Part shown: piece by piece, positions 8,431 through 17,237 of the stretch
Numbering within the stretch: position 1 is the stretch's first letter
Layout of the letters: every line of letters begins with the position of its first letter
Virus record (IMG/VR): IMGVR_UViG_3300046543_000437
Coordinates: 258 to 64,257 of that record
Direction: 5' to 3' (one strand)
DNA from: a virus
Lineage: Duplodnaviria; Caudoviricetes
DNA: 64,000 nucleotides
Notes under the pieces: model-generated
Told to the model about the DNA's origin: nothing
The model's input: only the letters and a program-made list of their open reading frames with translations
Databases searched by the model: none
Made by a program: the position numbers and the translations under genes

Positions 8431-9564
8431 TCAGTTGATCGAGTACGCCATCGTCACGAAGGCATCCTCGGTCGCTCCGGCGGCGCAGATGCGGATCGGC
8501 GAATAGCGGTCGACAAAGTGCAGTTCGACCTGTTCAGCCGCGATCACCGAGAGGGCTTCCCCGATATGCAGGGCGTTGACCCCGATCTGTGCATCGCGCT
8601 CGCAGACCGCGCTCATCACGTCTTCAAAGGAGTGGCTGCCGTCGCGCAGCCGCAGCATCTGGTCGGCGCAGTTCAGTACCGCGCCATGCTGCCGCAGCTT
8701 CGGGTTGTCCATATCGGTGGAGATCTGCAGGCGGGCGAGGATCGACGCCAACTCGGCGCTATCGAGGGTCACCGGCTGAGCGACCAGCGGCGGCATCCAC
8801 TGCTTGTAGGGCGGCGGGATCGCATCGACGAGGCTGGACATGATCGTCCATGCAGCGGTCTTGAGGCGGATCGCGCGCCCGGTGATCGCGATCTCGATCT
8901 CGCTGGTGTCGCCTTTCAGGAAGCTGTGCAGCTTCTGGCACAGCGGCCGCGGCAGGATCACCGCCGGGAACTCGGTCGCTTCGGCATGGATGTAGCAGAC
9001 CGCGCCGACCCGCCCGTCGCTGGCGGCGCCGACAGCGCGCCCGCCTTCTTCGGTCGCCTCGTAGCTGAGCGACATGCCCCACAGCGCGGGCCGGGTCGAG
9101 GCGACTTCCATCGCCGGCATGGTGAAGGTGAGGATGCGGTCGAGTTCGCTGGCGATGACGCGGATCTGCGTTTCAGGGAATTCGTGGGTGAAGACCGGCA
9201 GCGCCAGCGGGTCGAGCCCCTGCAACGCGACGTTGGTGCGGCCCGACTTGATCCGCAGCCGGTTGTCCTCCGCGCTGGCGGTCTGGTCGAAGCTGATCTC
9301 GACCGCCGCGTTGGGGCGCAGCGAGGCGATGAGGGCGGCGATCCGCGCGGCGGGGGTCGACACCGAACCCGGCTCCGCAGCGAGGAGCGGCAACCCGGCA
9401 GTCGTCAGATTGAAAAGTTGATTGCCCGCCGAGATGGTCAGCGCGCTGGCGGTCGCATCGAGCCGGACGCAGTGGAAAGCGGTGGCGGGCGACCGCTCGT
9501 CAGCGACGGCGGCAGCGCGTTGCAGCCACTCGGCGAGCGGCTGCTGGTCGGTCGTCAGCTTCAT
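8431..9564 (-). CDS. dnaN: DNA polymerase III beta sliding clamp (divergent)
   Basis: 377 aa; RPALWG, ASDG, VILPR, SLVDA..PPY, IGVNA, FVTM correspond to beta-clamp motifs. Confidence 0.85.
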   Translation of the reverse strand: MKLTTDQQPLAEWLQRAAAVADERSPATAFHCVRLDATASALTISAGNQLFNLTTAGLPLLAAEPGSVSTPAARIAALIASLRPNAAVEISFDQTASAEDNRLRIKSGRTNVALQGLDPLALPVFTHEFPETQIRVIASELDRILTFTMPAMEVASTRPALWGMSLSYEATEEGGRAVGAASDGRVGAVCYIHAEATEFPAVILPRPLCQKLHSFLKGDTSEIEIAITGRAIRLKTAAWTIMSSLVDAIPPPYKQWMPPLVAQPVTLDSAELASILARLQISTDMDNPKLRQHGAVLNCADQMLRLRDGSHSFEDVMSAVCERDAQIGVNALHIGEALSVIAAEQVELHFVDRYSPIRICAAGATEDAFVTMAYSIN

Positions 9565-10025
9565 GTTGGGATGACCCTATTCAAGGCGTAGGTGATGAGC
9601 CGCGCGAAGGCTTGCGACGTGCGGCAGACGAGTTGTCGCCCCGGCATCGCGTGACGATCGAGAACCTCGAAATCGAGTTTGTTGTAGGCGGTCCCGGCGC
9701 TGCCGCTGCCGCGCTCCATCACATAGCGCACACGCGGGCCGGGGTTTTCCAGCCGTTCCCCCGATCGAACGTCTTGAGGAGAAGAAGGGGTCAACCCCGG
9801 CCCACGCTCCCCCGCCTCGAACGGGCGGAAGCTGGTATCGGTATCAGAGGCGGGCGCAACGGTTCTGGCGGCGCTGTTCATGGCGAATGGTTCTCGGCGC
9901 AAAGAGGGTTCGCGATGGGCTGGTTCAGACCTCGCTGGTGCAGGTGCTGTGGTAGCCGCTCGAACGGCGGCGCCGGCGAATGATGAGAGGATCGATTTCG
10001 CGTGGGGTCGGGGTCTGCTTGACAA
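9561..10025 (-). CDS. Hypothetical protein (start uncertain)
   Basis: Fills the gap between the Cro-like gene and dnaN; stop overlaps the dnaN start. Confidence 0.5.
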   Translation of the reverse strand: MSSRPRPHAKSILSSFAGAAVRAATTAPAPARSEPAHREPSLRREPFAMNSAARTVAPASDTDTSFRPFEAGERGPGLTPSSPQDVRSGERLENPGPRVRYVMERGSGSAGTAYNKLDFEVLDRHAMPGRQLVCRTSQAFARLITYALNRVIPT

Positions 10026-10236
10026 GATCCTCGGCGGTGACCGCGCCTGCGGTGGCGGCGACGATCTTGCGGATCAGCGCGACTTTCGGGTCTTGGAGCC
10101 GGGATTCAATGCGCGAGATGGTTGCCTTGGTCGAGCCGACTATTTCGGCAAGCTCAGCTTGGCTAAGTGGCGGTTTTTGCGTTAAACGCCACGCGCGCAA
10201 CGGATGGGTGCGAAGATGGGCGGTTAGCTGCGACAT
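9925..10236 (-). CDS. Cro-like XRE HTH regulator
   Basis: HPLRAWR...LSQAELAEIVGSTKATISRIE...VTAEDL; divergent from the repressor. Confidence 0.85.
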   Translation of the reverse strand: MSQLTAHLRTHPLRAWRLTQKPPLSQAELAEIVGSTKATISRIESRLQDPKVALIRKIVAATAGAVTAEDLVKQTPTPREIDPLIIRRRRRSSGYHSTCTSEV

Positions 10237-10243
10237 GCCGCCA

Positions 10244-10387
10244 CGTTGCACTGTGCGGAATTAGGCCGTCAAGGCGGAATTCCACTGGACGCAATGCCCA
10301 CAGCTTGTGGAAATGTGGATAAAAATATCCGATCTGTGAGTAACTCGCGGAAATCGATTGCATCTGAGTTACGCTGGATGTAACTCA
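10244..10387. promoter_or_regulatory. Lysis/lysogeny switch region with candidate operators
   Basis: CGTTGCACTGTGCGGAATTA (10244-10263), GCGGAATT at 10274, and the perfect inverted repeat TGAGTTAC-N7-GTAACTCA (10365-10387). Confidence 0.6.
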
Positions 10388-10436
10388 ACTGCCAGAAACT
10401 TTTTTAACTAACAACAAACCTTCTCTGGCAGGGTAC

Positions 10437-11045
10437 ATGGCAACCCGATACACCGCCGCAGACAATGAGGATTCACAGCGCAAACAGACGCTGCGAACCA
10501 ACTACTTCAAGGAATGGCGCGAACATAAAGGGGTAAGCCAGAAGAAACTGGCGAAGCTGATGCGGATTTCACCCTCCAGCGTCTGCCGGGTCGAGAACGG
10601 CGTTACCCCTTTCACTCAGGATTTTCTTGAAGGCTACGCCGCAGCTCTCGGCATTACCGCGCTGGCCTTGCAGATGAGCAAGCCAAAAGAGGCCGAAAGA
10701 TATTCCCGTCTTGCCGACATGTGGGCAACGCTCCGCGCTGACCAGCAGCTTGGCGTCCTCAAGCTGATCGGCGACATCAGTGGACCGCGCAATGAAACAG
10801 CCCAGCTTAACCGTCTGTTGAAGACGTGGAAAAAGCTGCGCGCGGATCAGCGCGACGTTCTTGGCTGGATCGCCATCGAGGTCAAATTCTGTCAGCCCGA
10901 TGTCACGGCGCAGATCCGGCAAATATGGCGCTATTGGGGTTCGCTCGATCCCGATCAGCGCGAGCGCGGGATGACGATCCTCCAGACCGTGTTCCCGGAC
11001 ACCGTGAAGGAACAACAGCAGTCACCCGTTCGCGTTGAGGCTTGA
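10437..11045 (+). CDS. CI-like XRE repressor with triplicated C-terminal helix motif
   Basis: YFKEWREHKGVSQKKLAKLMRISPSSVCRVENG HTH; no S24 peptidase domain. Confidence 0.85.
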   Translation: MATRYTAADNEDSQRKQTLRTNYFKEWREHKGVSQKKLAKLMRISPSSVCRVENGVTPFTQDFLEGYAAALGITALALQMSKPKEAERYSRLADMWATLRADQQLGVLKLIGDISGPRNETAQLNRLLKTWKKLRADQRDVLGWIAIEVKFCQPDVTAQIRQIWRYWGSLDPDQRERGMTILQTVFPDTVKEQQQSPVRVEA

Positions 11046-11048
11046 TCA

Positions 11049-11237
11049 ATGGCAAGAAACTATCGCATCCGGTTCATTGCGGAATTCAGCCAGACCATCA
11101 CCGCCGATGACGACGCCCAAGCCAGACAGATCGCCGACGATCTGATCATGGCGGAAAAGCTGTTGCAGACCGCACACGCCGACAACCAGGCCCGCTGCCG
11201 GTGGAACATCATCAAGTTGATCAAGACAGATGACTAA
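11049..11237 (+). CDS. Small hypothetical protein
   Basis: 62-aa ORF directly after the repressor. Confidence 0.5.
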   Translation: MARNYRIRFIAEFSQTITADDDAQARQIADDLIMAEKLLQTAHADNQARCRWNIIKLIKTDD

Positions 11238-11472
11238 ATCTACCACGATAACGTGTCGGCATGGCCGGATACGGTTCTTTCGGCATTATCTCAAACGCAT
11301 GATTAACCAAAATCAATAATATAAAACAAACTGTTATAAGTTTTTTGTTACATCACGCGGAATTTGATTGTGATATCGCAGGAGGTTCCCCTAGTCTTAC
11401 GTCAGAATGACGCCTGCGGCAAAAAGTCCGATAGGTGGGACGATGAAAATGTGAACGGGAGGGCTATCCCCC

Positions 11473-11733
11473 ATGCTCGCCACCCACATCCAGACTGTCA
11501 TCACCACGGTGAAGAAGACGGCGCGAGTCGGTGATTTAGCCCAACTATCACGCGAGATTCCAAAGTCCTTGGTAATGCCGATGCTCCTGCCGCTCTTCGT
11601 CGCGGCGCTGACGATGCTGCGTGACGGCAAAAAGCGTCGCGTCCTGCGCTGCCTCTATTTCATCTGGCTGCTGGTCGGCGTGGCGCTCTTCGACATCGCT
11701 GAACTGAGCGAACATCCCGACTGCGAAATCTAG
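11473..11733 (+). CDS. Small membrane protein
   Basis: Two hydrophobic segments; GGAGG RBS upstream. Confidence 0.5.
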   Translation: MLATHIQTVITTVKKTARVGDLAQLSREIPKSLVMPMLLPLFVAALTMLRDGKKRRVLRCLYFIWLLVGVALFDIAELSEHPDCEI

Positions 11734-11738
11734 GCAAG

Positions 11739-11758
11739 CGTTGCACAGGGCGGAATTA
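11739..11758. promoter_or_regulatory. Candidate repressor operator upstream of xis/int
   Basis: CGTTGCACAGGGCGGAATTA, 18/20 identical to 10244-10263. Confidence 0.6.
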
Positions 11759-11824
11759 TCCGCTTGCCACGCGATTACGCTAGGCGCAATCATTCGCTGA
11801 CCCACGGCGAAAGATTCCTCCATC

Positions 11825-12217
11825 ATGGATCGCGAACAGGTCTGGACCCTGGCGGAAACCGCTGAAAGGTTTCGCTTCACCGAAAGGCAGTTAAAAGGCC
11901 TTGTGAAGCGGCGCAGTATCCCGGTGTTGTCGACCGGCAAGCACATCCGGTTCGACGCGCTGGCAATCAACGAACTAGAAAAGGCTCTGAGAAAACCATG
12001 TCCTATAAATACCGCAAGCGCCGCGACACCGGACGCTACGAAATCTTCGGCCCCGACCCGCGCCCGTGGAAAACCTACGGGCCAAACGGCTTTCGACAGA
12101 CTACGCGCGCAACAAGCGCAAAGCTCGTCAGGGAAGAAGCCGCCACGCTCTACAAGCAGCATGCTCAGGAAGCGTTCCACGGGCCAGGTCGTCCCGATCG
12201 GAAGTTTGCCGAAATAG
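11825..12217 (+). CDS. xis: Excisionase-like HTH protein
   Basis: WTLAETAERFRFTERQL..LVKR..IP...GKHIRF; overlaps the integrase 5' end. Confidence 0.75.
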   Translation: MDREQVWTLAETAERFRFTERQLKGLVKRRSIPVLSTGKHIRFDALAINELEKALRKPCPINTASAATPDATKSSAPTRARGKPTGQTAFDRLRAQQAQSSSGKKPPRSTSSMLRKRSTGQVVPIGSLPK

Positions 12218-13191
12218 CCGAAGCCTATTTCGACCACGAACAGCGTTCCCCGGCGCAAAAAGAGCGGGTGATCGCGCTGAGCATGGCGTTGGGTGATGTC
12301 GTCGCCTCGACGATCGACAATGAGACAGTCGCCGCCTTGAAGCGCAAGCTGATCAAGAAGAGCGAGCCGTCACCGGCAACAGTACGGGCGATGATCATCG
12401 GGCCGCTCAAGGCGGTGCTCAATTTTGGCTATCCCAAGATGTGCGGCAAGCCGGTGTTCAAGCCGCAGACCCAGCGCAAGTCGCCGACCCTCATCGTTTA
12501 TCCCGACAAGGCGCAGCGCATCATCGACGCAGCGGCGCCGCATCTGCGCGGCATCCTCACCTTTATCGGCGGTGTCGGCTCGCGCGCCACCGAGACCCTG
12601 GCGCTGACGTGGGACTACAACCACCCCGATGGCGGGATCGATCTGGTCGCCGGGATCGCGCGGATCATGCAGAAGCCCAAGCGCAAGATCCAAGGCCCGC
12701 GCGAGCGCATCGCCAAGCTGCCGCCCGCCGTGATCGCGATGCTGGCGAACCTGCCGCCAACCGGCCCGTTGGGCGAGCGCACGGGTCAGGTGTTCCGCTG
12801 GGAAAGCAATGTCGGGCGCAAAGGGCGCGGCACCCGCAGCGCCGGGTACGCGAAGAAGAAGGCGGCGACCGGCGGCGGGCAGTTCAAGACCGCGCTCAAC
12901 GGCGCGCTGCGCCGCGCGGGCTGCGCGGGCGAAGGGATCAGCGCGCACACCTTCCGCCATGCGTGGGCATCGTGGCACTACGCGATCCACAAGGATCTGC
13001 TCCTCCTCCAGAAGGACGGCGGCTGGGAGAGCCTGTCGATGGTGGCGCGCTACGCCCACCAGATGCCGGCGGGCCATGAGGCAGACATACTGACCTTCTG
13101 GGGCTACCCCGCCTCGGTCGCGGACGAGCTGTCTTCTGCGATTCACACGAAAATCACACTGGCTCTCGAACAGCACCGCTTAAAGGCTTGA
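11998..13191 (+). CDS. int: Tyrosine integrase
   Basis: GSRATETLALTW (R), HTFRH, GGW..LSMVARYAH (W/Y) catalytic residues. Confidence 0.93.
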   Translation: MSYKYRKRRDTGRYEIFGPDPRPWKTYGPNGFRQTTRATSAKLVREEAATLYKQHAQEAFHGPGRPDRKFAEIAEAYFDHEQRSPAQKERVIALSMALGDVVASTIDNETVAALKRKLIKKSEPSPATVRAMIIGPLKAVLNFGYPKMCGKPVFKPQTQRKSPTLIVYPDKAQRIIDAAAPHLRGILTFIGGVGSRATETLALTWDYNHPDGGIDLVAGIARIMQKPKRKIQGPRERIAKLPPAVIAMLANLPPTGPLGERTGQVFRWESNVGRKGRGTRSAGYAKKKAATGGGQFKTALNGALRRAGCAGEGISAHTFRHAWASWHYAIHKDLLLLQKDGGWESLSMVARYAHQMPAGHEADILTFWGYPASVADELSSAIHTKITLALEQHRLKA

Positions 13192-13383
13192 TCTTAAATG
13201 ACAATTCCGGCATCGAGCATTAGCCTTCTAAGCAGGCTGTCGCGAGTTCGAGTCTCGCCGGGGTCGCCACGCTTTAGCCCATTTTCCCAATGGGTTAGAG
13301 CCGACGAATGGGAACGAATCGAAACCAATAAATACCCATCGATACGGAACGAAACGCGACAGGATTCACACGAGAATCACACG
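13141..13383 (+). repeat. Candidate integrase arm-type sites flanking the attP core
   Basis: ATTCACACGAAAATCACAC (13141) and ATTCACACGAGAATCACAC (13364). Confidence 0.7.
13223..13269 (+). other. attP core: 3' half of tRNA-Arg(TCT)
   Basis: GC CTTCTAA GCAGG CTGTC GCGAG TTCGAGT CTCGC CGGGGTC G CCA gives the anticodon loop, T arm and 3' acceptor strand; the 5' half is absent. Confidence 0.85.
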
Positions 13384-13451
13384 GGATGTCGGGGCGGGAT
13401 TTTCTGTTCCTGCGCTGTTCTCGTTCCTGCGCTGTTCACGCTGAGCGGCCC

Positions 13452-15679
13452 ATGAGCAACCTCGTCACCTATGGCGAGGACGGCCCGGTCTTCGACCGGG
13501 GCTGCCCCAAATGCCGCCTCTATCTGAAGTTCCCCCGCGAGATGCGCTGGCGCGAGGACATCACCGGGCGCTGCAAGTTCGACGTGATCGACTGTCCGCG
13601 TTGCGGGCCGGTCGACCCGGAGCATGTCGGCTGGATGGGAGACTTCCGATGAGCGAAAGCAAAGCGCATCTCAAGACGATAACGACCAACGTCGCGGACG
13701 ATGAGGAGATGTTGAAATTCCTCGCGGACATGATGCGCCGCTGGCACGAAATGTATGTCATCGGCCGCCGCGAGGACGAGCATCGCGCCCGTCTGAAAAT
13801 TGCGCTCAGCAAGCAGGAAGGCGCACTGGCGGCATCATTCCAATGCATCGGTCCCGGCGGGATACGCCTTGGCAATCGGGTACTCGTTCGCCAGGTCATG
13901 CCATGACCGATCATGTCGCCGCAGCGATCCGCGCAGGATGCAATAACGAAATTCCCGAGCCATTACCACGCTGCCGATATCCCGAGTGTGCCGACGCTTG
14001 CGATGTCGCGGCCACGTCTCTTGCCACTGTTCGCGCCCTCCTGCCGTACCCGACAGGCCCGCTGCTCTTGGATTTGGAGCGCATCCAGGCGGTGATGCTT
14101 GAACTTTATCCGGAAGCCTTATCCATGAGCGATGGCAGAGGGGAACTTTATTGTCAGATCAGCCGCAAACATCCATCGGCTGTACGAGGATTTTGCAGTT
14201 GCGGTCCATGTCGAGCGTGGAGAAAGGAGAAATAAAGAAATGGCTTTCGTTCTAGAAATCCAGTTGGACAACATGAAGCATCATTTGATGATGTCTTCGC
14301 TTGAAGAGGCCAAGGAGTGGCTTGAACGACTCACGCCCTATGTTGGCATTCCGCGCTTTTCTCGTAATGACGACGACCCGAAGAACATCCGAGTATCTTC
14401 TCTGGAAGGTGAGGTCGTTGTCGCGCTGGAACACATCATCAGTGTTCGCGCGCTCGACAACAAGATTTACCATGACACCAACGCGGAAGAGCGGATCGCC
14501 GATCGCCAGGAGTTCGCCGAGATTTTCCGCAAGGTCGATTCGGTGATCTGGGAGAAGCTCTTAGAGCGACTCGGTCCAAAATAATGGCGATGACGATCGA
14601 AGAACGGCAGCAAAGGTTAACGGAGCGCAGGCTTACCCGCGAGATTGTCGGCTACTGCTATGGGGCCATCGCTGTACTTAATCACCGCGCGGAAATCTTG
14701 GAGAAGAACGCGGCGCGTAATGCACGATCCGGTCGCTTATACGGCGAGCGAGCGAAACTGGGAAAGGCTAGCCAGTTGCGCCGTGTGGCAATGCTGCTGG
14801 CAAGCATACGCAACGCGGACGACTTCAGGCGGGGAAACTTGCTGGAGAGATGGGCCAGACTGCCTGCGGTGACCAGGCGATGATCAAAGCCGGCCTCTTC
14901 TGCCTCTTTTGCGGGTTTGTCGCCGGTTACATCCTGCACGGGTGGGAGTTCAACGAGAAGCTGCGCGAGGTCGAGCAAAAATACGACGCCCTCGAAAGGC
15001 GGCTTCTGGGGATCAGGAGGATGCCCGATGAGTAACCTGGCCGGTGAACTCCCCTTCCGCGAAATCTGGCTGGACCCGTTCTGCGCGGATTGCTGGACCC
15101 CCGGCACCGAGATCACTTGGTGCCAGCATGATGTCTACGATCCCTGCCCGACATGCGGCCGGAAGGCGATCCGCTACGCGATCGACCGGCGGCAGACTCG
15201 ATTTCGGATGCCAAAGGGAGCGACGCCATGATCGACACCCACCCCTTCTTCGCCCAAGCGGCTCGCCATGACACTTGGGCCATCGCCGACAAGTTCCGGG
15301 TCATCATGGATTGCATCCCCACGATGGTGGCGGCCGAAACGATAGCGGGCGAAATGAACATGGCGTGGCATCGCGGCTACGAGGCGGCGCGAGCGGACAT
15401 GCGCGCGGCGCTGGGGATCGCGCCGTCGTGACCCAAGTCACCGAGACACCTATGACCAGCAACATGACGATGGGGTTCAACGAGAACCCGTGGTTCCCGG
15501 TCATCGTTACCATCAAACCAGCCAACATCGTCATCACCCTCAATGCCGATGGCTCATGGGCTGGCGATATCGACGAGGTGCGCGCGGCCTTGGCGGAAGG
15601 CAAGGGCTGGCAAAACGGCAATGACCGCGTCCTGCTCTGGCTGTTGCTGCGCGAAATGCAGCGGGGGGAAGCGCCGTGA
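13452..15679 (+). other. Cluster of ~9 small translationally coupled hypothetical ORFs (approximate starts 13452, 13649, 13903, 14240, 14584, 14880, 15028, 15228, 15428)
   Basis: Chained ATGA/GTGA stop-start overlaps; several CxxC zinc motifs. Confidence 0.7.
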
Positions 15680-16146
15680 TCCTCGGCTTCACCGGCACCC
15701 GCCAAGGTCTGACCGGCGCACAGCTCGCCGGTTTGCCGTTGGCTCTCCCCATCCCGCCGGATCATCTCCTGCACGGCGGCGCACAGGGTGCCGACACCCA
15801 GTTCGATAGATGGTTCCGCGCGAATTGGGGAGCGATGACCTTGCACATTGAGGTCTACCCGTCCTATGGGCGACATTGGAACGGCGACGATTCGTCATGT
15901 TTACTGACGGTCCACCCGCCGATGCAGCCGCTGGCGCGCAACGTCATCATCGCGAAACGCTGCGACCGGCTTCTAGCCTGCCCCGCCGAGATGAACGAGG
16001 TGGTCCGCAGCGGCACCTGGGCGACCGTCCGCTATGCCCGAAATTGGGAGAAGCCGATCACCCTGTTGATGCCGGACGGCACCATCCGCCGGGAGCCGGC
16101 GCCGGCAGGTTCAGTTCGAGGTGTAGCCGGGAGACCAAGGGAATGA
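15676..16146 (+). CDS. SLOG-superfamily (YspA/DprA-like) protein
   Basis: ILGFTGTR, LHGGAQGAD, ARN..I...CD.LLA, SGTWATVRYA. Confidence 0.8.
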   Translation: MILGFTGTRQGLTGAQLAGLPLALPIPPDHLLHGGAQGADTQFDRWFRANWGAMTLHIEVYPSYGRHWNGDDSSCLLTVHPPMQPLARNVIIAKRCDRLLACPAEMNEVVRSGTWATVRYARNWEKPITLLMPDGTIRREPAPAGSVRGVAGRPRE

Positions 16147-16541
16147 CTGATAAAATTACCAATTCAATCGAGCTCGTTCGCGATCTGGTTCGCAGGGCTC
16201 TGCACGGAATCGCGCACCATAGCGAGCAGATCACCATCAGCTACGCCAACCTTGCCTTTGCAAAGGAAGTCCTAAAACGCGCAGGGTTCGATCCGGATCG
16301 AGACGACGATCCCGATTACGATGTCGACCAAGAACAATTTGAAACCATCGAGCAATTTGCTTATGGCAGCATCCTCGGGCATTGGCGCTGGTCTGTGGAA
16401 TATCACGAAGAAGAACTAAAGAAGGAACACGATACGCTGGCGTCTCTTACAGTGCTGCTGGCGCGCGGCAATTATGTCGAGATCGAGATCGCTGAAATTG
16501 AAAAGAAACGTCTGGAAGATCTAAGATTGAACGGCGGGTGA
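16143..16541 (+). CDS. Hypothetical protein
   Basis: MTDKITN start coupled to the previous stop; acidic. Confidence 0.6.
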   Translation: MTDKITNSIELVRDLVRRALHGIAHHSEQITISYANLAFAKEVLKRAGFDPDRDDDPDYDVDQEQFETIEQFAYGSILGHWRWSVEYHEEELKKEHDTLASLTVLLARGNYVEIEIAEIEKKRLEDLRLNGG

Positions 16542-16545
16542 ACCG

Positions 16546-17058
16546 ATGATCTGCCACCGCGCCTTGGGCGAATCGATCCGCAACTGCATGACGTGCCGTG
16601 TACTGCCGTGGGACCGCGAGAACGGCGGCGGCTGGCTACCCTGCCCAGACTTGCAAATACCCCTGCCAGCGCCCCGCGCTGCGCCCCGTGAGGCAAATGG
16701 CGACCGGGTATGCGATCACGGCACCTGTCCCGGCGACCGCGCGATATGCGATCAGCACGGCCAGTGCCAGATCGGCTTTAAGGATGACGGCACCCCCGAC
16801 ATCGAGGAAAACGAGTCCTACGGAACGCACTACCTGACCCTGCGTGAGCAGGCGATCATGCACAAAGCCCTGCGCCGCTCGACGCGCCTAATCACCACGG
16901 GGGGAGAAACCCCCCATTTATTCCCCCCGCTAGTGCCAGCCTTCCATTCGCAGTTTTCGGGCGATATCTGCGCCGACTGCGGATCCGCGGCAATGATCCG
17001 CACCGGAACCTGTCAGACGTGCCAAGCCTGCGGCTCGACCAGCGGAGGATGTTCGTGA
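16546..17058 (+). CDS. Cys-rich protein ending in an NrdJ-like C-terminal zinc ribbon
   Basis: FSGDICADCGSAAMIRTGTCQTCQACGSTSGGCS. Confidence 0.65.
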   Translation: MICHRALGESIRNCMTCRVLPWDRENGGGWLPCPDLQIPLPAPRAAPREANGDRVCDHGTCPGDRAICDQHGQCQIGFKDDGTPDIEENESYGTHYLTLREQAIMHKALRRSTRLITTGGETPHLFPPLVPAFHSQFSGDICADCGSAAMIRTGTCQTCQACGSTSGGCS

Positions 17059-17237
17059 AACCAATCCGCGTCTTCTACTCGACGCTGACCCGGCGGTTTT
17101 ACGCCAGCCGGCATTATCGCGAGGAAGGCGGCGGGCTGGTGACGACGACCGGCGAGAAATTCGACGTTACCGACGATATCGCCCGCCTGGTTGTGAAATA
17201 CGGGATCACCTTCGCGGAGCGGAAAGATGACCGATAA
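17055..17237 (+). CDS. Small hypothetical protein
   Basis: GTG start overlapping the previous stop; KFDVTDDIA motif. Confidence 0.6.
   Translation: MKPIRVFYSTLTRRFYASRHYREEGGGLVTTTGEKFDVTDDIARLVVKYGITFAERKDDR

Noticed and set aside
13195-13269. Complete tRNA-Arg gene
   Set aside because: The upstream sequence cannot form the acceptor or D stems, and the anticodon stem does not pair (TTAGC versus GCAGG); treated as an attP core.
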